Shown piece by piece: positions 48,525 to 60,887 of a DNA stretch of 64,000 bases. Origin of the DNA: Selaginella moellendorffii (lineage: Eukaryota > Plantae > Lycopodiophyta); the NCBI RefSeq assembly GCF_000143415.4, contig NW_003314281.1, positions 1,527,882-1,591,881 on the forward strand. Reading direction: 5' to 3'. The notes under the pieces were generated by a model. It was not told where the DNA came from and did not search any database. It saw only the letters and a list, made by a program, of their open reading frames with translations. The position numbers were made by a program, and so were the translations under genes. Every line of letters begins with the position of its first letter. The first letter of the stretch is position 1.

Positions 48525-48699
48525 GGGAGCAATCGATTGGATGATGATGCACATTCTTTTCCCCTTTTCCCCGATCCGAGTTTTTAGGGCTCCTCCTGGT
48601 TTAACCGTCCGAGGTGGAGCGGGAATATGCCATTTTGGTTTGGCGGGATAAGATTTTCGAAACTTTTTATTAGGCGAGAATCATGCACCGTCTCTAAGG

Positions 48700-49070
48700 A
48701 CAGACATATCGACGAAGCCCAATAAGTCTTCCACGCCATGATCCTGCAGAACCAGCACGCCAAGCTCGTCTTAGACACTATGGAGAGGAGAAACTCCTCG
48801 ATGCTAACGCTCTGGCCCCCTGGAGAGCTTCTTCTTGAGGCTGACCATCTTTGCACTCCAGATTATATGCCCAGGATTTTTTCTTTAAAAAGCCTGGAGA
48901 CTCACAGCAAGGGCCAATGTCAGCTGCTTTGCGTTGGATTTCCACCATAGCAACGACTTGGAAAGAGGGAGCTAGATTATGATCTTTGGTAAAAGCTGTC
49001 TCAAATAAGCAAATTTAAGCCTGCTCGCGAACTCAAATGCCTGACATCGCATCGGGTTCATCTGGACTTG
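48700..49070 (+). pseudogene. Heavily deleted copy of the PPR gene at 51344
   Basis: catatcgacgaagccca..aagtcttccacgccatg, gccaagctcg..gagaaactcctcg and ttggaaagaggg match 52337-52371, 52442-52483 and ~52934 in order. Confidence 0.85.
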
Positions 49071-51167
49071 ATCCTAGTTATGCTAATGTTTGCATATATC
49101 CTGACCTAGTGGTTTGTATTCCTACAGTTTTGCTTTGGAATTTTAATAACACAATTTCTTTTTGTGCATTTGATTTGCATGTGGAAAATAAGGACTTTAC
49201 AAAGAAACTATTGAAGATAGTATTCCTTTATGCTTGTTATGTTTACCTTGAATTGGAATGGAGTGGAGATTGTTAAATAGTATATGTATGTTTACTGCTT
49301 CATGTGATTTAATGAAGATTTTTTGAATTTATTATGTATTGACTTTGATATTTATTTGTTTACATTCTTTATTCACATTATTGTACTCAGGTTATACTAT
49401 TTTGAAAATCATGATTAATGATTATTACTTGAGCATTAAAGAAGGATGTTTAGACAAATTATGATAAATAAAATATTCACATTCCACATTACTTTCTTTC
49501 TACATTTACATTTATAAAATTGCTTCTACATTATCTAAATATTAATCCCAAGAGCAAAGAAAGAAAGATCTAATTTAATAGAACAATCCTTTTATTCATT
49601 ATCATGATTCTCTTTGCTTAATTAAATATAAAATTTACAACAAGTAATTAATTTCCAGATATTTATACATATATTTGATATAATACATTTGGTGAGTAAT
49701 GAATTTTTTTTAAAAAATTATTACAAAATACATAATAATAAAAAACATTAATTATTTTAATAATTAATTCAAACATATAACAATTTTAATATTAAATTAA
49801 ATATAAAAGAATAAATTTTAAATTGTAATTCTTGACAATCCATTATTTCCCAAGTTTAGAATAATTCAAAACTTGAACTAATAAATATTTCATAAAAAAT
49901 AACTTTAATATATTTTATTACAGTTGTGCTAATCAATACAATAATACTGTAATGACAAATTAATTACAAATTATAAATGATATAAATATTTGTAAATATT
50001 TAATAATCAATTCTTTTATACAGTAGACTATGAAAACTATAAATATTATAATATATCACAAAAAATATTTCCTAAATTATTTAATAATAATTGAGACTAT
50101 TATCTTCTACATTTTATTTTTGTTGTATATACATCACTTAAAACAACTTACTTAGATTTATTAAAATTTAATACTTTAAAATATATCTGTATTTATGAAT
50201 AAATAAATAATTTAGATTATGAGTATAGTTTTCAATATTTTTAAAAAGAAATAGATATAGTTTTAAAAATTTTAAATTTAAACATAACTATTTTACATTG
50301 TTGATTTTTTCAATTTTTGAAATTACCCAGAAACATTAAATTAAAATTTTATAGCATTAAAAGTGTATCAACAAAAAACCTAGGGTCAAGTGGTCAAACT
50401 CATGGAGTTTGAGGAGTTTACTATTGAGTATCATCTGGGAAAATTAAATGTGGTAATTATATTTTTTGAGAAATATATTTTAGGCTTTAATTTCTAATAT
50501 TATTTTTATATACAATTTAATTTTTAAAATAATTATTTATTTACCTTGTCTATGTGCAATATTACTTTTGCTAAATGCTTAAAAATTACAGCTAGATGCT
50601 AAATAATTATACCTCATATAATATCATCAAATTATTATAAAGTAATTTGATTTTTCTAAATAAATTTATTTATTTTATCATTGTAGTTAACCAGAGAAAA
50701 TCTAGCCTTTTTTTAAGAGAGATTAGGAAACTTGTCAAACATAATTTTAATCAACATCTTTCCTCTAAAAGAATGCTCCTTGGCTAAAAAAATTAAACAA
50801 ACTCTTCAACTAACTTCTAAAATTGTTTGGAATTAAAATATAGAGATTTCTAACAAATTTTAGGGTTGGCAGAATAATGTTGTTCCTCTTTTTCCACTTA
50901 TAAACTCTCCACTTTGTTGCGGGTTGCACAAGCTTGGGCAGGTCGAGATCTTGTCAGTATCTTCTAAAGCTCCAAAATGTACTTACAGTCACTATACTTT
51001 AAGACCACCCATACATTGAGAGCTTTCCAGGCTTCAGAATCTCTGACAATTCCTACATGCATGGAACACTGCCTCCCAAGTCCCTGGTTAGTCTCAGGCT
51101 TCAAAGCAACAAGGGACCTACTCAAGCTCATTTTAATGAATGAGTCGAATCTGGACGCTATTGTTTG

Positions 51168-51261
51168 ACCTTTGTAGAGATTGTTTGAGAGCTACCATGT
51201 CCTCCACGATTGGGAATCTTTGTAGCTGGGGACGAGGAGGCGGAGGAATGCTATTGGCCAT
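51168..51261 (-). pseudogene. Remnant of exon 1 of the CFAP144-like gene
   Basis: Encodes QRFPIVEDMVAL versus QRFPVVDDMVAL; matches 48398-48524 with deletions; upstream ggtttggcgggataa..tttcgaaac is also shared. Confidence 0.88.
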
Positions 51262-51343
51262 GGTACCAGTGGATATATGGTTTGGCGGGATAAAACTTTC
51301 GAAACGTTTTAGTGCACCGAATATACCTACGTGAGGATGAGAA

Positions 51344-53260
51344 ATGGAGAGGGGGAAATGCCTGGAGCTCATCGAGAATTGCAAGGGCCTGGCGATGGCA
51401 CGGGAGATCCACGCGGGTATTCCAGGTAGCGCGCTCGCCACTGATGTCTATCTCTCGAACAAGCTGATTGAAATGTTTGGGAAATGCGGCGCCGTGGGTG
51501 CCGCGCAGGACATCTTCGAGGCGATGGGCAGCGGTGGCAGGGATTTGTTCTCGTGGGAGCTCATGCTCCACGCCTGCTCCAGGAATGGAGTCCTCCGCCA
51601 GGCGCAGGGATTGCTCGACCAGATGCCCAATCGGCGTCTCATGTGCTGGAATTCGCTGCTCGGGTCGCTGGCTCGCGATCGGAGGCCCCAAGAGGCGGCT
51701 CTTCTCTTCTGCACCATGCCGGAATGGGACCAGCTCTCCCTGAATTCTATTCTCTCGGCGTATGCCCAGAGTGGGCTTCTTGAGAGCTCAAAGCTCTTCT
51801 TCGATCGGATGCCCCAGCGCGATGTTGTCTCGTCCAATGCGATGCTTACTGCCTACATCGTCCGCAACCATCTCGAGGAAGCTACCGCATTCTACGATGC
51901 TATGCCTGAAAGAACTCTAGTCTCCTCGACTGCTGTTCTTCAGGCGTATGCCCAAGGTGGGCATCTTGAACAAGCAAAGAGAGTGTTTGAGGGGATTCCA
52001 GAGATGGATGTCGTGTGCTCAACCGCGATGCTGGCCATATTCTCCGAGAATGGAATCGTGAGCGAGGCAAGAAGGATCTTCCACTCCATGCCACAGAAAA
52101 ATCTAGTCTGTTGGAATGCGATGCTCTCCGCCTACGCTCAAAACGGCCAAATCTCGGAGGCCAGGAGAACTCTTGAATTTGACATGCCACAGCACAACTT
52201 GGTGTCCTGGAACACGATGCTCGACGCTCTCGTGCAGCACGGCAAGCTGGAAGAAGCAAAGAGAGTGTTCGAGACAATGCCGGCGAGAAGCATCATCTCG
52301 TCGACGTCGATGGTGGCGGCGTATGCCCTCGAAGGGCATATCGACGAAGCCCAGCAAGTCTTCCACGCCATGCCCGAATGGGACGTGATCTCCTTCAACA
52401 CCATGATCGCGGGCTTCTCGCAGAACAAGCAGCTCTCGCGTGCCAAGCTCGCCTTCGATACCATGGACGAGAGAAACTCCTCGTCCTGGGACGCCATGCT
52501 AGCTGCGTACGCTCAAAACGGGCATGCCGGGGCAGCGGAGATCTTCTTCTCGAGGCTGCCGAGCCTGACAATCTTCTCGTGGAGCGCGCTGCTTGCCGGA
52601 TATGCGCAGGACGGCAAATCCTCCATGGAAGCTCTCCTCCAGGCCTTCCATTCCGCGAGCCTTGTCATCGACACGCCCGATCCGACTTGCGTGGTCCTGG
52701 TGCTCACGGCGTGCAGCCGCACGGGCCAAGTTAGCCTGTGTCGGAGCTGCTTTGCGTCTGCGAGCTTGGATTTCCACCATAGCTCCACCCTGCAACACTA
52801 TTGCTGCATGGTGGACGTGCTGGGGCGATCGGGGCGTTTGGAGGACGCGGAGGAGCTCGTCAAAGCCATGCCGTTCGTTCCTGATGCTCTAGCATGGACT
52901 ACGCTACTTGGAGCTTGTAAATACCACAAGGATTTGGAAAGAGGGAGCCGGATTTTGGAGAGCGTGGTTAAACTAGACTACGCCAACGCAGGAGCGTTTG
53001 TGACACTGGCCAACATCTTCACTCTGAGGAAGAACGAACGATCAAAAATAGAGCGTTCGCATGCAACTAGGCAGGACTGTAAATGCCTTGCAATAGTTCA
53101 GCCTAAGTTAAATTCCTCGCACTTTCGACCAAACTCGGGTTCTTCAGGGCTGCAAATTTCTTGCCTCCTAAAATTCAAAACCGCGGCCCACACCAGGCTC
53201 TACAGCCAGCGCCACTATTGTTCTAATTCGCACCACCTCGGAAGAAGAATACAGTGGTAA
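51344..53260 (+). CDS. PLS-class PPR protein, E-type, no DYW, with a non-conserved C-terminal tail
   Basis: 638-aa repeat ORF; HYCCMVDVLGRSG..WTTLLGACKYH..FVTLANIF then ~75 unrecognised residues. Confidence 0.92.
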   Translation: MERGKCLELIENCKGLAMAREIHAGIPGSALATDVYLSNKLIEMFGKCGAVGAAQDIFEAMGSGGRDLFSWELMLHACSRNGVLRQAQGLLDQMPNRRLMCWNSLLGSLARDRRPQEAALLFCTMPEWDQLSLNSILSAYAQSGLLESSKLFFDRMPQRDVVSSNAMLTAYIVRNHLEEATAFYDAMPERTLVSSTAVLQAYAQGGHLEQAKRVFEGIPEMDVVCSTAMLAIFSENGIVSEARRIFHSMPQKNLVCWNAMLSAYAQNGQISEARRTLEFDMPQHNLVSWNTMLDALVQHGKLEEAKRVFETMPARSIISSTSMVAAYALEGHIDEAQQVFHAMPEWDVISFNTMIAGFSQNKQLSRAKLAFDTMDERNSSSWDAMLAAYAQNGHAGAAEIFFSRLPSLTIFSWSALLAGYAQDGKSSMEALLQAFHSASLVIDTPDPTCVVLVLTACSRTGQVSLCRSCFASASLDFHHSSTLQHYCCMVDVLGRSGRLEDAEELVKAMPFVPDALAWTTLLGACKYHKDLERGSRILESVVKLDYANAGAFVTLANIFTLRKNERSKIERSHATRQDCKCLAIVQPKLNSSHFRPNSGSSGLQISCLLKFKTAAHTRLYSQRHYCSNSHHLGRRIQW

Positions 53261-53409
53261 ACACTTCAACGTAAGGGTCAAGTGGAACAATGTTGTTCGC
53301 TGTCGATAAGGGAAATCATGATTTTGAGACGGTACAAGTATTATCCTGTTGACAAGATCGACAGGAACACTCGCCACTCTCGTCCCAGAGGCCTGTTGGA
53401 AGCTGCCAT

Positions 53410-54028
53410 AGAGGGACCAAGAGTGAGTTGTGCATTGCATCCATGTAGATTCCCGTGCTTCATAGTTGGGCACAAGTGGATTGAAGACAAATCATATGTA
53501 AACGTAAAATGGTGAAATGAGGTAAACCAAAATTCTAATACAAGATTACTCCTTTACATTTAGGTAAGGTGAAAAATTTCACTATTTTACTTTACATTCA
53601 CCCAGTTATAGTTTTATATAGTTTTATATATATATAGCCCAACAAAAACGCATAAAATCCTATTTACATGGATGCAATGAATGATTCCTATCCCTTTGGT
53701 CCTTGTTGGAAGCTATGGTTGCACAAATATCACAGGTTGGATTTGCAGAGCGTTGATAACTTACCTCAGAGGTAAATGTAAAATCTATTACAAGTAGTCT
53801 TGGCATGCAATGTATTATTACCTCCTCACCAATTCACCATTTTACTTTACATTTACCTCCTCAAGATTATTGTAATACATGTTATGACAGCTTCCAAACA
53901 TCACGAGTTGGATTTGTAGAGCTTTGATAACTTCAAGCCTTTTAAAATATAAGGTGTGAGAGAAGGCTTGAAGTTATCAACCCTGATGTTTGTTGGAAGC
54001 ATAGCATGTGCTGCAAGTAATCTTGAGG
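53410..54028. repeat. Foldback / MITE-like inverted repeats
   Basis: Perfect 18-bp arms 53924-53941 and 53963-53980 extending imperfectly to 53860/54028; a second imperfect inverted repeat 53410-53470 / 53636-53705. Confidence 0.75.
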
Positions 54029-54233
54029 CTTAAGTGCACGCAATGTATTAGACTTTTGGATTTGGACAACACTAATTTATATTTGATTTATATCCGGAAA
54101 TGGCATTTCAAAACAGAAATCAAGTCAGCGCTACAATGTAATCAAGATTAAGCTGTAAGATCTTTAAAACAGCATCGCTTGAAGACTTCAAGCTATGCGG
54201 AAAGCAATAAGGATTAAGCTCCAAGTTCAAGCT

Positions 54234-55028
54234 ATGGCGTTTCATTGCTCGATATTTCCGTTTCTCCTTTTATCTTTTCTCTCGATCCCAGCTCAATCAT
54301 TCTCACTCAACACTTCAGATTACATGTACACTCACGATTGTCATGACTTGACAGCAGGTCGCACTCTCCTCCAAACTAGACCTGGAGTTCCAGGCATGGA
54401 TGTAAGTAGCCACCAAGGTAATGTTAACTGGCGGACTGCCTACAACAACGGTGCAAGGTTTGCATACATCAAGGCCACCGAAGGAACGGGATACACAAAC
54501 CCATATTTTTCACAGCAGTATGTTGGTTCTTACCGCGCAGGTTTCATCCGTGGAGCATATCACTTTGGCCGTCCGGACATATCGAATGGTGCTACTCAGG
54601 CGACGTACTTCCTCAAAAACGGAGGTCGGTGGTCTTCCGATGGGCGAACACTTCCTGGAGCTTTGGATATTGAGTACAATCCATCTTGTGGAAGCTCTTG
54701 TACTCCAGCGCAAAAATGTTACAACCTTAGAAAGCCAGAGTTGGGGAAGTGGATCCAGGACTTTGTGAACACTTACAGGAAAGGAACTGGAGTTTATCCA
54801 GTGATTTACAGCACTGCGGACTGGTATAACACATGCGTGGGGACTTATGGGGACTTTAGCAGTGTCTGCCCATTTTGGCTCGCTTGTTATTGTCCCAGGG
54901 TGATCACGTATCCTTACAACTGGAAAGTATATACGTTTTGGCAGTACGCCGACTCGGGAACATTTCCTGGCGATCAGAACGTGTTTAATGGGCCTTACTC
55001 TCAACTGCAGAAGCTCGCCAAAGGCTGA
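54234..55028 (+). CDS. GH25 muramidase (Chalaropsis-type lysozyme), secreted, intronless, copy 1
   Basis: Signal peptide, GMDVSSHQG, FAYIKATEG, IRGAYHF, DGRTLPGALDIEYNP, TFWQY, GDQNVFNG. Confidence 0.96.
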   Translation: MAFHCSIFPFLLLSFLSIPAQSFSLNTSDYMYTHDCHDLTAGRTLLQTRPGVPGMDVSSHQGNVNWRTAYNNGARFAYIKATEGTGYTNPYFSQQYVGSYRAGFIRGAYHFGRPDISNGATQATYFLKNGGRWSSDGRTLPGALDIEYNPSCGSSCTPAQKCYNLRKPELGKWIQDFVNTYRKGTGVYPVIYSTADWYNTCVGTYGDFSSVCPFWLACYCPRVITYPYNWKVYTFWQYADSGTFPGDQNVFNGPYSQLQKLAKG

Positions 55029-55969
55029 TAATGTTGGATTGAAGTGCCCAGCTAGGATGATTACCTCGCGCAGACGCAGGGCGAACAGGGACGCGTTGTG
55101 ATCTGGAGGGTTGTATCCCGTTGCACTTACGCATTTTGTATATAAATACCCCCGTAAAGGTTAGTTTAATGCTGTGCCAGTGTAAAGATGGAAAACTGTT
55201 TCCACCTTACTGCTTGTTTGGTTGACTCTCTAGCAGTGGAAAACCATCTACTAAAGATTGAGAAGGTGATTCCATTTGGCGGTGGAGCTTCACGACGACC
55301 AGTGGTTCCACCCATGGATGGATTTTATGATCTACGTTTTCATGGAAATGCGGGACAAGGCGCTTGGGGAGAAGAGTGTTGGAGCGGTGAACTTTGGGCT
55401 GGACAGTCTGGACGAAGGAGGAGTTCTCGGCCCGATCCGTCTCAAAGTGTTTGTGGACGCTTTTCACAAAATACCAAAGGAGATAGTGGTCCTGGGGCGT
55501 GTCCTGCAGGAAGGGAATGGAACTGTGTGGAAGTGCTGCATGCAGGCAAAAAAAGCCACACAAACCTCCACCAGCCCCCAGCCATGCCTTTGAGCTCTCA
55601 GAGGAACAGGAGAAAGAGTCAAGTCGAAGGCCCTGGAGGAGAGGACGGGTTTTAGCCGTGCTTCCAGTGTGTTGGATACCCCCCCAAACGGGAGGTATCT
55701 GCTTCTTGTGGAGACTGGCTGGTGTTTAGAGGGATGCTTCACTTCCGGAGGTTACCACGCAAGGAGACTAATCCCAATGGGCAGTTTTTTCTATTCACAA
55801 AGATCAATTGCCAAATTTAAAAGAACTTAATCTCCCACGGCTCAACACTGTCTACCCTCTCGTCCAGGCAAAATGAGAGCACTATACGACAAACTTCAAA
55901 TATCTAGAAGTAGAACACCCAGCCGTACAGGATCAAGGAGGAGGACCTCATGGACATTCTCATCTTAGG

Positions 55970-56760
55970 TGAGACATTTCCTGTCAATTAATTCGTTTTG
56001 CCAGGAGAGAGTTTTAGAATTCCATACGCTCCACCATATCTAGCCAACGCAGAGCGAAGGGATCTTAAAAGGTGTAAACTATGTTTCTGGTGGAGGAATC
56101 TGAGTTTTAACAATTTTTTTCCTCATAGTTTGTCTGACATAATTTGTCTGATCTAGACTGGAAGATTGTCGTTGTCAAAGCAACTTCTCTACTTTCAAAA
56201 CACCATGCACGAGCTCAAATCCATGCTCGGCGAGGACGCTGCCCACCAGTACCTCGTAAAATCCATTTTTTCCGTCACCATCGGCGCAAATGACTACCTC
56301 TTGCCCGTTCCTCTCACCAAGGACTCTTTCCTCACGCCGCGCGCCTCAAGGACAAGCTCATCACGAACTTCCGGCAGCAACTCACAGTTAAGTCCATGCA
56401 AAGTTCTCGTGACCATCTAAAAGTTGCTGCTTTCCAGACGCTTTACAACTCGGGTGCTCGCAAGATCATTGTCGCGGGAGTTGGACCCATCGGCTGCATC
56501 CCATATCAGCTCACGCTCAATCTCCGGAGAGTTTGGAGCTGTGTACTGAGTCCCAACGCACTGGACTACAATTCGGCTCTGAGAGATCTCATCCTGGAAC
56601 TCAGCTATTGATTCCATGGTTTTCTTCATTTTTCTAGATTGATTCCATGGTTTTTGTGTTGGGCTTTCTTTGGTTTTCTTGCTGCAGGGATTCTTCCCTT
56701 TGGCCCAAACATGCCAAGGATCCGTACCACCCCAGCGTGCGATTGTTTCGTCAATGGCGA
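55970..56760 (+). pseudogene. GDSL lipase pseudogene derived from the 42833 gene (exon 1 absent)
   Basis: High identity to 43110-44130 including introns, with frameshifting deletions. Confidence 0.92.
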
Positions 56761-57700
56761 CGAACGAGACATCAACTTGGCAATCCCTTATGCCCGCATC
56801 CAAATCCCTCGGACATAATTGGGTATCTTCGCGCATTTCCGTGCCACTTGTCTGATTAATCTTCCGCTCTAATCTCCCCTGTTGACACCTCGGTAAAATC
56901 CCAACTGTTACCGACTTTCGGCAGCACAAACTAACACTAGCAACAATCGACCCCAGGAGATCGAGATCCTCAGCACGTTGATCGACACCTGGAGCAGTCT
57001 GTACCTTTCCTGAAAAGCCACAAGAGAACCAAAACCTACTCACAGTCACATCCATACCAATGATCCACTCCATTGGTCCGTAAAACCGGTCCAATCTCTT
57101 TCCCTTGGAGTAGAAATCCCACCAAGCATCAACCATCTCAATCTTCTCATGCTTGTGCTCAACCTCAAAACCCAGCACCTGGTTGTAAACCCATAGCTGA
57201 AGAGCCGGCATTTTTGGCTTGGCCATCATAGCACGGAAGTTATGCCGGATATCTCATCGTCGTCTGGTGCGTAGAAGAGAGCCCTCGGTTGCTCCAGCCC
57301 TAAGTTCCTCACGCCATAGAGGCGCTTCTAGTTCTTGGCGTGCTAGGTAACTCTTGTCCTCAACAAGACCTGGCATTTGTATTCACGTAGTTAGATTGAG
57401 AACAGCTCGAGCACGTCTTCATAGCACGGATCACCTCCCAGGTGCAAGTACGCAGAAGCCATCTGGTCGAGTTCCAGTGCCAGGCCTTTGAGCCTCGTTG
57501 CCATTGCGGTCTTTGGAGAATGGCCACAAAGTATTCTCATGCAACTTGCCACGGAGGCCATAGAAACCTCATGGAGGCTCTGTCGTGTGCTACGTTGGGT
57601 CCTGTGGGATATAAGATTTGCAAATGGTTTTGAGCGCAGCACAGGCCTTGTTGCATTGGATGTGTGAACTTCTAGCAAAATGTCAATGGAAGTCAATAAA
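56760..57700 (-). pseudogene. Disrupted coding-like sequence of unrecognised family
   Basis: Broken frames ALFYAPDDDEISGITS / KIEMVDAWWDFYSKGKRLDRFYGPMEWIIG; paralogous pieces at 60690-60750 and 60952-61235. Confidence 0.5.
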
Positions 57701-60129
57701 GGTCTCTTGACATCCGTTGACTAATAAAACGTATCCTCGACGGGGTTCTCAAGCTCACAGAAGGCAGAAACATTGGCAATGCTATATCAACATGTGTGCT
57801 TGGGCAAGAATATCATGTGATTATTTTGCCAGCATTTGTCTTGATCAGGCTTATATCTCTCCTTGGATGTATATTGCCTTCAACTCAACTTGTCATATAA
57901 CTATTATATATCCAGTGAGATCACACTATTTCTACAATCTCTCATGGGCCCAGATTTTAGGCTTTTTAAGCCTTGAAACATTTTTATTATTATTTTGTTG
58001 TGAATGTGATTGTGGGTATTAATAGTTATCTATCAGTGAGTTCTTTTAAATATTTTCTTTACTGCCACAATAGCAAAAAATTGATATTGTTAATTCCTTT
58101 TAGTCCTTTTTGTTCAAGTGTTAATAAATTGCATTTAGCATCTGTACTTAGCTGGATAAATCTAAAGTAGGAACTTTTATATGTTTCTTGTTGAGCATAC
58201 TTGATTTGACTTTTAATTCTCTTTTGCTCTGTCTTGCATTGCCTTAGCAAGGACCCTTATGATATTAAGCTTAATCTTTTATTATTCACTGAGTGATAGT
58301 TTATTATTTCTACTAAGACACCCCATTCAATCCTAATGGCTATTTATGGAAAGTGTCTAGATAGATATATTTACGGAATATAAAAATTGTCCTAAATATG
58401 ATGGTGTTATTCCCATATCCAAATTCACATTTTAATGCCATTCCATATTTAATAAGTTTTTATAATTGTTTTAAAGACTAACTCTTGGATTAAGGTGAAA
58501 ACCCAAAACATACATTCCTTTGGGCTTCCAAATGTATAGTAGGGATAGTGGGTAGTTCAAGCATGGTTAATCAACCTAAGGTATAATTTAGCTCCTTACT
58601 TGTGTGCTTATCCTTGTTTTGCATCTAACTTGGGTTTAAACCTAAATTCTATACCATATTAGTTGATAGAGCATCTATATCCTTGTGTTAAGCCATTGGT
58701 AAAGATAGCCAAACATTATTGCCGTGCTCTCTTATAAACTTTTTTTATACTGGAATAAAGGTAGCGTGAATGTAAGTTTGAGGTTTAGTCAAATTGACAT
58801 ATAAAAGAGAATTATGAAGGATAAAGGATCAAACACGTAAATTATTTTTTCATTCTCAAGAAATGATTTGCAATGAAGTGTGATTTCATTACTTATTTCA
58901 CATCATATGGTCGGAGTCTCTATTTCGATGCATGTTGATTATGATAGTCTTACAAATGATGAGTCATAAGATAGATAGTGGTGAAGTGTTAAATTATTTT
59001 GTTTAGACTTGTTATTAGAAGGCTTGGTTGCGATGTTCAATTTTTTTCTAAGGAAAGTTTTTTATTGCTTTTTGAGTAGCTTAGTATTGGATTAGTTTTG
59101 AGTTTGGTTAGAAAAAGAGTGGCATGAGCTTGTCTATGTTGTAAGCAAAATTTGTGGTTAAATGTTGTAAATCTCTATTAATGAAGTGTAGCATTTATGT
59201 TGCATTTTTTTTATTAGAGTAGACACTTTATAAATTTTTAAAGTAATAATGTGGGCTAGTTCATGGAGCTCGATTGATGATTAAATCATTATGATTTTTA
59301 TATTATATACTAATGATTGTGAGCAATGTGTTTACAAAGTTATTTGGTCAAAAAATAATCAACCCCAAAATGGTTAATAGTGAAGCTAGTCTATTTATAT
59401 ATAGGAGTAGCTTTGATTGGATTCTCAAAAATTATCCATTATACTAAGCTTATGTTTTGGTACCTTAGTTCCTTCAATTTGCCTATTTGTTATAATTTAT
59501 TGGTGAATCTGTTAGTACTTGGAATATTGTTGGATGGAGAAAGTTTGTGGTTGAGGCATTGACATTGTTAGCACTTGTGTTAGTGGAAGTAGCATTATTA
59601 CATTAAGTGATGAAAAGTTCTCCTTAAAACTTAAATTTTTATGTCATTTTTATTGTTAGTGTTTTGGCTTCAAATTGAATTTTGAAAGTGATTGAAAAAG
59701 AGTGTTAATGCAATATAAATATCAAAAGAAATGATCTTCATGATCAAGTCTTGAGTATTTATTTTTAGTTCACATTTTATGAATATTGATGTTGGATTCA
59801 TTGTTTTCATCTTTGTATATATAACAAGTCTAATTACCCAATTTTGTTGGATAATACTCACTAAAATATATTTCTCTAATACTAAATGTAGCACACATAA
59901 GTTTTCCCTGTAATGTTTTACCATATGGAGTAAAACTTAAACCTTAAACAACTAGGCTAAGGACTCAATTATAAATTTAGTGTTTAGGTTTTATGAAGGT
60001 AAACTGAAATGTGGTTGTTAGTTGCTTTGCAATTAGTAATTGTTCATAGACTTCTTTATCAAAACTAGTTAAGCAAAATGTCAATGCCTAAAATTTTCAC
60101 TGAGTACTATTGGATTTTCCAACTAACAT

Positions 60130-60656
60130 TCCACAACCTTTGCATTTCAATGGATTTTCCACCCAGAAGAATCATCCACAAGCCCGGCTATGGATGGATT
60201 GCTCCAGCTGACCAACTCACCCTTGTGTCGACTATAATGCTCAATCCTGGGAAAGATCCCAAAGTCTGAGATCATGGACAAAAAGTCTCGGCAGTACTGC
60301 TCAAGCTAGCTCACTGCTGATGCTAGAATTGTCATGAAGATGGTCTCGTCTGGCTTGAAAGCAAGCAAGATCATCTCTCAAAAGAGATCCAGTGCCTTGC
60401 TCACGTGTCCGTTCTGGACATAGGCTGCAATGATCAAACTCCATGTCGTGACCTCCTGCTACTTTTCAAATCGCTCAAATGCTGTTCTTGAGGATTGAAC
60501 GTAGCCATGCTGTGCAAGCGCCAAGATCACGGTGCTGAGAGCTACTTGGTTGCGATCTGGCATTGTCTCATAGATGTCCCTGGCACTTGCAAGCTGGCCA
60601 TCCTGTGCATAAGCTTGCATCATCACAATGATGTCACAGCGACTCCCAGTTTCCAC
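60130..60656 (-). pseudogene. PPR pseudogene, 3' part
   Basis: MMQAYAQDGQLASARDIYETMPDRN..TTWSLIIAAYVQNGH..KPDETIF..IEHY with in-frame stops. Confidence 0.88.
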
Positions 60657-60887
60657 TACGAGATATGGGGATTGCGTGAGAAACTGTGCTCTCTTCTACG
60701 AGCCAGATGAGTATCCGGCTGATGAGATATCGGGCATTACTTCCCTTATGCTTGGTAACTCGTTGGATCTCATGCCTTGCGATTCTTCCGAGTAGGTGGG
60801 GAGTCCATCTTCGACTTGGCACTCACCCATCTCTGGGAACTGTGCTTGAAGTTGAAGAAAGTGTTGGGCATCGCGGCGAGGAGGAAT

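Noticed and set aside
56417-57229. 270-aa minus-strand ORF as an intact gene
   Set aside because: Its C-terminal part is antisense GDSL pseudogene; a chance fusion of remnants.
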